A DNA stretch of 64,000 nucleotides, from contig CDROCS010004085.1 of assembly GCA_977020255.1 (NCBI GenBank), positions 62,001 through 126,000 on the forward strand. Direction: 5' to 3'. Below the pieces are notes generated by a model. It was not told the origin of the DNA. It searched no databases and saw nothing but the letters and a program-made list of their open reading frames with translations. The stretch's first letter is position 1. Each line of letters starts with the position of its first letter. This DNA comes from Obrimoposthia wandeli. Taxonomy: Eukaryota. Made by a program: the position numbers and the translations under genes. Shown piece after piece: positions 8,274 through 18,049 of the stretch.

Positions 8274-10283
8274 TTAAGCAAGAAGCTCTTTTGCTGTCTC
8301 AACAACGTTTTCAACCGTAAAGCCAAACATCTTGAATAGCTCGCCTGCAGGTGCAGACTCGCCAAATGTTGTCATACCGATGATGCGACCATCGAAGCCA
8401 ACGAACTTGTACCAGAAGTCAGCAATACCCGCTTCAACTGCAATACGAGCAGTCACATCAGATGGTAATACAGATTCACGGTAAGCAGCATCTTGCTTGT
8501 CGTATGTGTCTGTTGCTGGCATAGAAACAACGCGAACCTTACGGCCTTCAGCAGTTAGCTGTGCGTAAGCTTCTGTTACTAGCTCAACTTCAGAACCTGT
8601 TGCGATAAGAATCAGCTCAGGCTTGCCTTCACAATCTTTCAGGATGTAACCACCCTTCGCGATATTAGCTACTTGCGCATCAGTACGTGGTTGTTGTGCT
8701 AGGTTCTGACGCGAGAAGATGAGCGCTGTAGGGCCATCTTTACGTTCGATTGCCAGTTTCCAAGCAACTGCAGATTCAACCTGATCACATGGACGCCATG
8801 TGCTCATGTTAGGTGTTAGACGCAGTGAAGCAATTTGCTCTACTGGCTGGTGCGTAGGGCCATCTTCACCCAGACCGATTGAGTCGTGCGTGTACACTTG
8901 GATGTTCTGAATTTTCATCAGTGCAGCCATACGCATTGCGTTACGTGCGTACTCCATGAACATTAGGAATGTTGCACCGTAAGGTACGAAGCCGCCGTGT
9001 AGCGCCATGCCGTTGATGATCGCGGTCATTGCGAATTCACGTACACCATAGTGGATGTAGTTACCGCTAAAGTCGCCAGCTTCTAGTGCTTTTGAACCCG
9101 ACCACATCGTCAAGTTAGACGGTGCAAGGTCAGCAGAGCCGCCCATGAATTCAGGAACAAGCTTACCGAATGCTTCCAGCGTGTTTTGAGACGCTTTACG
9201 TGACGCAATGTTTGCTGGGTTAGCTTGAAGATCTGCGATGATTTTACTTGTTTCAGCTTCCCAGTTAGCAGGAAGATCACCCACTGTACGACGCTTGAAT
9301 TCAGCCGCTAATTCAGGGTGAGCCGCTGCGTACGCTGCAAATTTCTCATCCCATGCTGATTCTTTGGTAGACCCTGCTTCTTTCGCATCCCATTCTGCTG
9401 CAATGTCAGTCGGGATTTCGAAAGGACCGTGGTTCCAGCCCAGGAATTCACGTGCAGCTGCGATTTCTTCAGCGCCCAGAGGAGCACCGTGACAATCGTG
9501 TGTGCCCGCTTTGTTTGGTGAACCAAAACCGATAATCGTCTTAGCACAAATAAGTGTTGGCTTACCTGTTTCAGCTTTTGCTGCTTCGATTGCCGCGTTG
9601 ATTGCATCAGCATCGTGACCATCAACCGCAGGAATAACATGCCAACCGTACGCTTCAAAACGCTTAGGTGTATCGTCTGTGAACCAACCTTCAACGTTAC
9701 CATCGATAGAGATACCGTTATCATCCCAGAAAGCAACCAGCTTACCCAGACCTAGCGTACCCGCTAAAGAACTTGCTTCATGAGAAATACCTTCCATCAT
9801 GCAGCCATCACCTAAGAAGGTGTAAGTATGGTGATCAACAACTTTGTGACCGTCACGGTTGAATTGGTCAGCCATTGCTTTTTCAGCAATCGCCATACCT
9901 ACCGCGTTAGTAAGACCTTGGCCTAGTGGACCTGTCGTCGTTTCAATACCTGGTGCATAACCGTATTCAGGGTGACCCGGTGTTTTTGAGTGAAGTTGAC
10001 GGAAATTTTTCAGGTCGCTAATCGATAGATCATAACCTGTAAGGTGCAATAGTGAGTAAATCAGCATTGAACCGTGACCATTCGAAAGTACGAAGCGATC
10101 GCGATCAGCCCACTGTGGGTTTTGTGGGTTGTGGTTCATGTGGCTGCGCCACAGTACTTCAGCGATATCAGCCATACCCATTGGTGCACCAGGGTGACCA
10201 GAGTTAGCTTGCTGTACGCCATCCATGCTTAGGGCGCGGATTGCATTTGCCAGCACTTTGCGAGAAAGACCGTTATGTTCCAT
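8274..10283 (-). CDS. tkt: Transketolase
   Basis: [49 protein letters not shown]. Confidence 0.98.
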   Translation of the reverse strand: MEHNGLSRKVLANAIRALSMDGVQQANSGHPGAPMGMADIAEVLWRSHMNHNPQNPQWADRDRFVLSNGHGSMLIYSLLHLTGYDLSISDLKNFRQLHSKTPGHPEYGYAPGIETTTGPLGQGLTNAVGMAIAEKAMADQFNRDGHKVVDHHTYTFLGDGCMMEGISHEASSLAGTLGLGKLVAFWDDNGISIDGNVEGWFTDDTPKRFEAYGWHVIPAVDGHDADAINAAIEAAKAETGKPTLICAKTIIGFGSPNKAGTHDCHGAPLGAEEIAAAREFLGWNHGPFEIPTDIAAEWDAKEAGSTKESAWDEKFAAYAAAHPELAAEFKRRTVGDLPANWEAETSKIIADLQANPANIASRKASQNTLEAFGKLVPEFMGGSADLAPSNLTMWSGSKALEAGDFSGNYIHYGVREFAMTAIINGMALHGGFVPYGATFLMFMEYARNAMRMAALMKIQNIQVYTHDSIGLGEDGPTHQPVEQIASLRLTPNMSTWRPCDQVESAVAWKLAIERKDGPTALIFSRQNLAQQPRTDAQVANIAKGGYILKDCEGKPELILIATGSEVELVTEAYAQLTAEGRKVRVVSMPATDTYDKQDAAYRESVLPSDVTARIAVEAGIADFWYKFVGFDGRIIGMTTFGESAPAGELFKMFGFTVENVVETAKELLA

Positions 10284-10320
10284 ATTCAGTTCACCAAAAA
10301 TTAAATCGATTCAAAAATAA

Positions 10321-10344
10321 GAAAGCGGCTGGAAGGCCGCTTTC
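10321..10344 (-). terminator. Hairpin between tal and tkt (terminator/attenuator candidate)
   Basis: gaaagcggc-N6-gccgctttc followed on the minus strand by ttattttt. Confidence 0.5.
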
Positions 10345-10361
10345 TGAAATACAATAAAGTC

Positions 10362-11312
10362 TTATAGACGCTCTGCGATCATCACTTCAAGTTTACCTTG
10401 GTCAACCGCAAAGTTACGGATACCGTCAGCCAGTTTTTCAACAGCCATTGGGTCTTGGTTATGTTCCCATAAGAATTCAGCGTGCGTCATTGCTGCAGGG
10501 CGTTCTTTAGTGCCATTCGTATCAATCAGTTTCTCAACGACTTCACCCGTTGCTTCTTCAAGTTCTTGAAGTAGGTTAGGGCTGATAGTTAGACGATCAC
10601 AACCCGCAAGCTCAAGAATTTCACCGATGTTACGGAAGCTAGCACCCATAACAACTGTGTTGTAGCCATATGATTTGTAGTAGTCGTAAATACCCGTAAC
10701 AGAAACTACGCCTGGATCTTCAGATGGTTCAAAGTCACGACCTTCTTTCGCTTTATACCAGTCCATGATGCGACCAACGAAAGGAGAAATTAAGAATACA
10801 CCCGCTTCAGCACAAGCACGCGCCTGAGCGAATGAGAATAGCAGTGTTAGGTTACAGTTAATGCCTTCTTTCTCTAGAACTTCAGCGGCGCGAATGCCTT
10901 CCCAAGTAGACGCTAACTTAATAAGGATACGGTCGTTAGTGATGCCAGCATCGTTATACATTTTAATAAGCTGACGAGCTTTGATTATGCTGCTTTCTGT
11001 ATCGTAAGAAAGGCGTGCATCAACTTCTGTTGAAATACGACCAGGTACAACTTTCAGGATTTCTTTACCGATGTTAACGGCAAGCATGTCGCAGGTGTCT
11101 GCAACTTGCTGAGTTTTGTCATTGCTTTGAGCTTTAGCGTAAGCAATAGAAGCGTCGATAAGAGGAGCATATTCAGCAATCTGAGCTGCTTTAAGAATCA
11201 ACGATGGGTTTGTCGTTGCATCTTCAGGCTGATATTTACTGATTGCTTCGATATCGCCAGTGTCAGCAACAACAGTGGTTAGTGCGCGCAATTGTTCCAG
11301 TTTAGTGCTCAT
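10362..11312 (-). CDS. tal: Transaldolase
   Basis: [44 protein letters not shown]. Confidence 0.98.
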   Translation of the reverse strand: MSTKLEQLRALTTVVADTGDIEAISKYQPEDATTNPSLILKAAQIAEYAPLIDASIAYAKAQSNDKTQQVADTCDMLAVNIGKEILKVVPGRISTEVDARLSYDTESSIIKARQLIKMYNDAGITNDRILIKLASTWEGIRAAEVLEKEGINCNLTLLFSFAQARACAEAGVFLISPFVGRIMDWYKAKEGRDFEPSEDPGVVSVTGIYDYYKSYGYNTVVMGASFRNIGEILELAGCDRLTISPNLLQELEEATGEVVEKLIDTNGTKERPAAMTHAEFLWEHNQDPMAVEKLADGIRNFAVDQGKLEVMIAERL

Positions 11313-11767
11313 ATATCTCGACCTTCAACGTATTTGGGCTTGTCTCAATGCTAGCTTAAATTGGAGCTAGCAAAAGTATATTCACGAGTTCTTAACGTAA
11401 TTCCTGCAAACCAAAAACATACATGGTGAGCAAATGGATTAGCTAAGAACAATTGATGTGTCGATAATTGTCTTTTTGATGGAATTTGTCAATTATCAAC
11501 TGCATCAAAGCGTGTTTAGATCTCATTTTTTATCTGGGGCACCCTGTTTTTTACTTAATTAGCGGTTTGAATGGACGGTTTCACTGTTTGTTCTGCGTCA
11601 CAAAAGGGTGAGCGGATGATCTGCTCTTCGATCAAATGTTCAGTATTAATGAGTGATTACTGTTGATTATGAGATGCCATAAGAATGATGGTAGATAAGT
11701 TATCAAGCGTATGAACCAAATTATGAGCCGATCCATACGCTATTATGATTGTTTTTCTAGTGCAGGT

Positions 11768-14659
11768 TTATATTGCAGTAACAGTGAGCTGTTGGTGAAT
11801 TTCGCCGATTGCGTAATGCAGTTCATTTGCGAGTAATGCGATTTCATTATCTGTCGGCAATGTTTTTATTTTGACTTTCTTTTCGACGGTTTGAGCGGCT
11901 TGACTAACCTTAAATGCACTTATGCTGCTTGATGCTCCTTTTAATGAGTGGCTAATTAACATCGCGGCATCAAAGTCAGATTGTTTCAGGGCTTGTTCAA
12001 ATTTACTGACATCATTAGCGTGCTCTTGTGCAAACATCATTAGAAATTGAACAACAATATTATGGTCGTCGTCCATCATGTCTAACAAGGATCTTAATTC
12101 GATATGCTTAAATTGCGTTGGGTCGAGGGTTATATCGAATGATTCAAATGAATGATCGGCGTCGCTTTGCTCACTGACTGGCTCAATATCACGTTCGGTT
12201 GTAAGGATCTCAGCCTCTTCAATATTGTTATTCATCAATAGCGAACTAGATGCTTTAGCTGCCAGCGTAATGTCTTCTGGTTCAGCTCTTAGTGAGGCCA
12301 TTGCCGTAATCTTGCTTTTGAATCGTTGTAAGGCATCCAGCAATTTACGTTCATCAAGTGGTTTGGTGATAACGCAATTTGCCCCCGCCCTGAGCATGTT
12401 TTTTTGAGTTTCTTCAAACACATCGGCAGTGCATGCAAAAATGGGTATTTGGCAAATTGCGGAATTAAGTGCACGAATACGTTTAGTGGCTTCAATACCA
12501 TCCATTACCGGCATGTGATTATCCATTAAGATCACATCAAAATATTCATGTTCGAGTATTTTTAATGCTTCTGCGCCATTTTCTACAGCGTGTGTGTTAA
12601 AGCCATATTGTTTAAGAAATGACTCAATGATGAGTACATTCAAATTATTATCTTCCACAATAAGTACTTTCAAATTAATAAAAGCACTGCGATCAAATTC
12701 AATGTCTTGTTGTTTCTCTTGTTCATAGTGACCTTGCTCGACCACTAAGGTAATGGTAAACGTTGAGCCTTTGCCATAGGTACTTTCTAACTGAATATCA
12801 CCATTCATTAGGTTTGCTAGCTGCCTAACAATACTTAAACCTAACCCTGTGCCACCGAATCGCCGACTGGTTGATATTTCTGCTTGTGAAAATGGGTCAA
12901 AAATTTGCTGCATACGATCTTCAGCAACACCAATTCCCGTATCTTGAGCGATAATAATGAGTTTTCTTTCTCTAGGGCTGTCGCATTGCCCTTGGTTTAA
13001 CGACACCCTCACTTCACCTTTATCAGTAAACTTAATAGCATTGTTAATTACATTAAACAGTATTTGGCGAATACGAGATTTATCAGCAAAAAACCAACTG
13101 TTAGAGTCAAAGTTACATTGAATGGAGAAATCGAGACCTTTCTCTTTTGCCAGTGAATAGTAAGTACTCTCAATTGTGCCGACTAAATCTGTAATACAGA
13201 AATTGGCTTTATTGAGTTTGAATTGTCCTTGTTCAATCTTAGAGAAATCCAAAATGTCGTTGAGTATCGACATCATGTGCTTACCTGAATCGAGCAACGT
13301 CAGAAGGTGATGTCTTTGTTCTTGCGTTAGGTCTGTTTTTAACAATAACTGCGATAACCCTAACATCCCATTCATTGGGGTACGAATTTCATGAGAGAGG
13401 TTGGCTAAGAAGGTCGATTTTGCGCGATCAGCCGCTTCTGCTTTTTCTAATGCTTGATTCAACCGTTGTGTATCATACGCAATTTTTGTCGCCCCTTGAT
13501 TCAGTGCTTCTTGCAGCACTTGAAATTCATGTGGACCTTTAAGGGTATTCTGGCTGGTGTAATTACCAAGCTTAAATTGTGCCGCAAAACGCGATAGTTT
13601 TGCCAGCGGTACGGTGATTCGCTTTGTGAGCACTATCGACAGAACCATGACAATACAAGCGGTAAACAATAATGCCAGCATGAAATACCGGTAAAGGTAA
13701 TCGATCGCTTGGGTTGCTACATGTTGTGGTGTAATCGTGACTAACGACCACTGCGCTGTATTATTATTGTTGAGTGTATTAAGCGGGGAGATTGTCGCGA
13801 GTAAGTCTTCGCTATAGCGGTTTGTATAATGAGAAACACCATATTGCATATTTTTTTCACTAAACGCACCCGCACTATAATTTTGTTTAAAGTCGTTGAA
13901 TACTTGCAGTGAACGCCCTTGATTCTTACCAGAAATAATCGTATTACCCACATTGTTGATGATAAAAACATATTCAGCGCTGGCGAGGTTGTCGGAAAAG
14001 TAGCTTAGACGTTCATTAATCTCACTTAAAAGGTATTCAACGACGAGGTAACGGTCTTCGCTCACGGCTGTATCTGAGTCATTGTTCACTTTTGTAATGA
14101 GTAGTAAGCAAGGTACAGAAATGAGATCTTGTGGCACCGAAATGAATACATTATCGCCTGTCTCTGCCATTTGTTTGATGGCAAACTCAATGTTTATTAA
14201 GCCGAATTTGTGTAGTTCATTATCAAGAGTAACGGTTTCTAACGAGCGAGAGGATTGGCTAATAAAAAAGTCATCCCCTTTTTTATCAACAAGATGAATT
14301 GCATTAAAGGCCTGATCAACCTTAGTGACTTTAGTCAGGTAGTGGCTGATAAACCCTTGGCTGTCAGATGGGGGATATGACGCGATAGGTGCATCTTGCT
14401 CGAATATTGGTGAGCTAGACAATACCTTTAAGTTTAATAATCGATTAGCGATAATATCATCGATATTTTTGGCTGCAATGTTGGTTCGGCTACTGATCCC
14501 TTTTGCTATTTGACCCAATGCCACAGTAGACAGCTTCTCGTTGCTTATCCAGCTGTATAAAAAAGCGGGAAGAATACCAACAGCTAACATGCTGGCTAAT
14601 AAAATAGGCTTAATTTTGTTTGGAATTAACCGCATAACATCTCTTTTAATGAAATCCAT
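11768..14659 (-). CDS. Hybrid (unorthodox) sensor histidine kinase: periplasmic Cache-like, HAMP, HisKA, HATPase, REC and Hpt domains
   Basis: FLANLSHEIRTPMNG, NNAIKFT, DTGIG, GGTGLGL, ILMDNHMPVMDG, C-terminal ISHSLKGASS. Confidence 0.93.
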   Translation of the reverse strand: MDFIKRDVMRLIPNKIKPILLASMLAVGILPAFLYSWISNEKLSTVALGQIAKGISSRTNIAAKNIDDIIANRLLNLKVLSSSPIFEQDAPIASYPPSDSQGFISHYLTKVTKVDQAFNAIHLVDKKGDDFFISQSSRSLETVTLDNELHKFGLINIEFAIKQMAETGDNVFISVPQDLISVPCLLLITKVNNDSDTAVSEDRYLVVEYLLSEINERLSYFSDNLASAEYVFIINNVGNTIISGKNQGRSLQVFNDFKQNYSAGAFSEKNMQYGVSHYTNRYSEDLLATISPLNTLNNNNTAQWSLVTITPQHVATQAIDYLYRYFMLALLFTACIVMVLSIVLTKRITVPLAKLSRFAAQFKLGNYTSQNTLKGPHEFQVLQEALNQGATKIAYDTQRLNQALEKAEAADRAKSTFLANLSHEIRTPMNGMLGLSQLLLKTDLTQEQRHHLLTLLDSGKHMMSILNDILDFSKIEQGQFKLNKANFCITDLVGTIESTYYSLAKEKGLDFSIQCNFDSNSWFFADKSRIRQILFNVINNAIKFTDKGEVRVSLNQGQCDSPRERKLIIIAQDTGIGVAEDRMQQIFDPFSQAEISTSRRFGGTGLGLSIVRQLANLMNGDIQLESTYGKGSTFTITLVVEQGHYEQEKQQDIEFDRSAFINLKVLIVEDNNLNVLIIESFLKQYGFNTHAVENGAEALKILEHEYFDVILMDNHMPVMDGIEATKRIRALNSAICQIPIFACTADVFEETQKNMLRAGANCVITKPLDERKLLDALQRFKSKITAMASLRAEPEDITLAAKASSSLLMNNNIEEAEILTTERDIEPVSEQSDADHSFESFDITLDPTQFKHIELRSLLDMMDDDHNIVVQFLMMFAQEHANDVSKFEQALKQSDFDAAMLISHSLKGASSSISAFKVSQAAQTVEKKVKIKTLPTDNEIALLANELHYAIGEIHQQLTVTAI

Positions 14660-14940
14660 TTCAATATCGAACGAAGGTACGTAGTGACTTGGGTATATAA
14701 GCTAACCATAACAGCACGAATAACGACTGAATACTGATATTAACAAAATCCATACATTTAGTATCGACCAGATTACTAACAATTTTATCTATATCTATAT
14801 CTCAACAATGTGTGATGATACCAATGCTTATCTGCTGATTATTGTATGTCGGAAGGGGAATGAAACGCGGATTGCAAGGCGGTTTTTAGGTCTATACTCG
14901 CCTTGCTAGTAAGGTTGTAAGGTAACGTGTAGTTAAAGTA

Positions 14941-16431
14941 TTAATTAAGCAACTGTTCCAGTGTTAATGGGGCAGGGGTTAGCCCAACTTGTTGAGCCGG
15001 TGTAAGCCCTGATCGATCTTGACGACAAAGGTTATGCCATGCTCGATAAATATCCAGTAAAGGAAGTAAACCTGCAGGGCGAAGTTTACGGCGTGGTTCA
15101 TTTACTAACTGCGAAAATTGATCATGGAACCGTGTTTGGTATTCGCTAATACTGCGGTGTGACGCCAGTTCGAGCCATTTAGCTTCGTCACCTTTGCTAC
15201 CGCCTAAATGGCTTATCCCTTTGTTTATTTCACCATGACGAGTAAATGCCCAGCGATCACGCCACCATCCCATTAATACGATATCAACACGCCCAGCCAC
15301 TTGACCGCGTTGCCAGCCTCTATCTTCTATGACGTAAAGTGGATTAATGGTTTTATTCTTAATTCGATCTATAAAAACAGAGACACATGCAGAGCGCAAT
15401 AAGGTTTCTTGAGGCATAAATATTGCCAAGGATTCATTATATTCAAGCATTTGTGATAAATGCAGATAATGTGCATACACCGTATATTGCGGACGAATTA
15501 AACACCCTTTCGAGGGGTAATTAAACCGTGCAATATTACTGAGTGGATCTTCCATATTGGTACGATCTAATACCTCACGATACATCGCATCAACACGCGC
15601 TAAAATACCTTGAGGGTGAGCGGATGGTACTTCTACCAATTTAGGCGCTGGTGCGGCCATGAAACGGGTATCGTTCTTATATGGGTCGTGACTTTCGCTT
15701 GGATTTTGGATATCACTTTGGTGATAATTTACATGCTGCCCGACAACATAGCCTGATGTGGCTTCACCTGTTGCAATCCATAACACACCATTATCACTAT
15801 TAGGCTGTAATGGTTTCATGTCTGTCGCTAAGCTGAGTGTTTGCGCATGCTTAAATAAGCGGGCATCAAACATCGATAGTTGGCGACGACAACGGCTTGC
15901 AATGTGTGAAAGCTGATCATAGAACGTTTTTGGATTCATGCTCAAACGGCGGCAAATATCACGGACAGAATAACCCGTGAAAAGCATTGCCAGTAATTTC
16001 TGTTGCACAAGGTGTTTGCCATTAAAGCCAGACCAGCGATCAACAAAGGTTGTTTGACAACATTTGCAGCGGTAACGCTGTCGATCACCACTATAGCCAA
16101 AAGCATGGTAAAGGTGACGATGTGTCAGAACGGGAAAACCAAGGTTATCGCAGTCGGGATTGCCGCAGGCGGGTAAGCCACTACTTTGTGCGACTTTTAA
16201 GCGAGTGACTTCAGCGACTACATCATGATTATTTAATACAGGTGGAAAAGCACCACACTCACGACATATTAATGTAGGACGATTAGGGTTGGTACGTTGC
16301 ATAACATAGTGTTGTTCATCTTTAGAACCGAAATTCTTGCAGCTTACTGTTTTGCAGTGATTTAGTTGTAAAGATTCATATGCTGGAGGTAGCAAGGTAT
16401 TGTCTATGTTTGAGTGAAGTGTTTTCATCAT
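14941..16431 (-). CDS. IS1/IS1595-like transposase-derived protein (two Zn ribbons, HTH, degenerate DDE-like domain)
   Basis: CxxxxC..CxxC twice, including GYSGDRQRYRCKCCQTTF (InsA-like); HTH SVRDICRRLSMNPKTFY; C-terminal IYRAWHNLCR..LTPAQQVG typical of IS transposase tails; no TIRs seen. Confidence 0.6.
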   Translation of the reverse strand: MMKTLHSNIDNTLLPPAYESLQLNHCKTVSCKNFGSKDEQHYVMQRTNPNRPTLICRECGAFPPVLNNHDVVAEVTRLKVAQSSGLPACGNPDCDNLGFPVLTHRHLYHAFGYSGDRQRYRCKCCQTTFVDRWSGFNGKHLVQQKLLAMLFTGYSVRDICRRLSMNPKTFYDQLSHIASRCRRQLSMFDARLFKHAQTLSLATDMKPLQPNSDNGVLWIATGEATSGYVVGQHVNYHQSDIQNPSESHDPYKNDTRFMAAPAPKLVEVPSAHPQGILARVDAMYREVLDRTNMEDPLSNIARFNYPSKGCLIRPQYTVYAHYLHLSQMLEYNESLAIFMPQETLLRSACVSVFIDRIKNKTINPLYVIEDRGWQRGQVAGRVDIVLMGWWRDRWAFTRHGEINKGISHLGGSKGDEAKWLELASHRSISEYQTRFHDQFSQLVNEPRRKLRPAGLLPLLDIYRAWHNLCRQDRSGLTPAQQVGLTPAPLTLEQLLN

Positions 16432-16824
16432 GACAGCCTAACCCTATCCTTGTGCTGGAGCAATAAGATTGGGGGAGAAGGGCACTGGACAAAAGGCTGT
16501 AAACCTTCTGTCCAGTACTGCATTAGTGTTGTGCAAATTAGCTGTTATTCTGTATTTATCGCTGAGAAAAAATCGACATGATTGTTTTCCCAATTCAAAT
16601 TGTGTAAGACGCCACATTTTACAAAAAGTTGAGCTGCGATAATGCTCAATAACAACTTCTTTGTGCCACTAACTTTTCCCTTTTTCGTATTTCTGTTAAT
16701 AGCGATGACATTGCGATTTTAATCAATGTCATCGTTATTAATTCTGCGTAGGCAGAAGGGCGGCCAGAGAATCGGGGAAAACCCTAACCGCAATATCTTA
16801 TTTTGACGCCTGAAGTTATATAGC

Positions 16825-17535
16825 CTAGATGTTTACTGCTGTTTCTAGTGCCACATTCATCATTTCACCAAACGACTTTTGGCGATCTTCAGAGCTTAGT
16901 TTCTCACCACGTTTAATGTGGTCAGATACGGTTAGAATAGTCAGTGCTTTAGCACCCAGTTCAGCGGCAACACCATAAATACCAGCTGCTTCCATATCGA
17001 TACCTAACATGCCTAGCTTTTCCATCTTATCGAAAAGGCCTTCTTCTGGGCTGTAGAATAAATCGGCAGAGAATATGTTACCTACACGTACATTTACGTT
17101 CTGCAGGCGTGCTTGCTGTACAGATGTTTCTAGTAAGTGGAAATCAGCGATTGCAGCGAAATCGTGGTCATTAAAACGAATACGGTTCACTTTAGAGTCA
17201 GTTGATGCACCCATACCGATGATAATGTCCATTAATTTAACGTCGTCGTGTACGGCGCCACAGCTACCAACACGAATGATGTTTTTCACACCAAAATCTT
17301 TGATAAGTTCATGAACGTAAATAGAACATGAAGGGATACCCATACCATGGCCCATTACTGAAACGCGCTTACCTTTGTAAGTACCAGTAAAACCTAGCAT
17401 GCTACGTACGTCACACACTTGTTTTACATCTTCCAGGAAATTTTCAGCAATGAATTTTGCGCGAAGCGGATCGCCTGGCATTAAGACTGTTTCTGCAAAA
17501 TCACCAAGTTCAGCATTAATATGTGGAGTAGCCAT
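16825..17535 (-). CDS. deoD: Purine nucleoside phosphorylase (DeoD type)
   Basis: [47 protein letters not shown]. Confidence 0.97.
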   Translation of the reverse strand: MATPHINAELGDFAETVLMPGDPLRAKFIAENFLEDVKQVCDVRSMLGFTGTYKGKRVSVMGHGMGIPSCSIYVHELIKDFGVKNIIRVGSCGAVHDDVKLMDIIIGMGASTDSKVNRIRFNDHDFAAIADFHLLETSVQQARLQNVNVRVGNIFSADLFYSPEEGLFDKMEKLGMLGIDMEAAGIYGVAAELGAKALTILTVSDHIKRGEKLSSEDRQKSFGEMMNVALETAVNI

Positions 17536-17747
17536 AATTAGGTCCTAGAAATTTGATTAGAATAGATGAATCTGTAAGTTAATACTTACGAGAAAAAGCG
17601 TTCAATAACGACATAAAAAATCACGGTAAATAGGCTGCTCTATTGGTCCGATTTTTATCGGAAGGCGCCTTTAATCAATGCCAGTTTTTTTTGGTAAAAC
17701 TTACCGTTTGTTGTGTGGCTAGTGTATGGAACTGCTCTTTCTTGTCT

Positions 17748-17763
17748 CGAGATCATGATCACA
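17748..17763. promoter_or_regulatory. CRP site candidate upstream of deoD
   Basis: CGAGA-N6-TCACA; about 30 bp from a TACACT -10 candidate on the minus strand (class II geometry); deoD is a known CRP/CytR target in enterics. Confidence 0.5.
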
Positions 17764-18049
17764 TTTTTCTTTCTTCCCTAACAAAAATAGCACCTTGATA
17801 ACTAAATCTGTTGAAAATGAGAGAGGAATCGTTTGCTAAAGCTCGATTTATGGGTACTGAATAAATTCTTAATGATGTTGGTTCTCGTATTTAGTTGTTG
17901 AATTAAAAGGGTTTTTATTCTTAAGTGATGATTCATGAACACTGTGAATAAAAAATATTAATAATGTAATCTTGTAATGGTTTTCATTGGGTATATAGCT
18001 AATTCTTATTTATCTTGCGTATGGAAAGATAAATAAGAAATAAAAACGG

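Noticed and set aside
14941-16431. Active insertion sequence
   Set aside because: No terminal inverted repeats or target-site duplication found by eye, and the catalytic motif looks degenerate
17536-17720. Canonical purine riboswitch upstream of deoD
   Set aside because: The conserved three-way-junction nucleotides of the guanine/adenine aptamer were not recognisable
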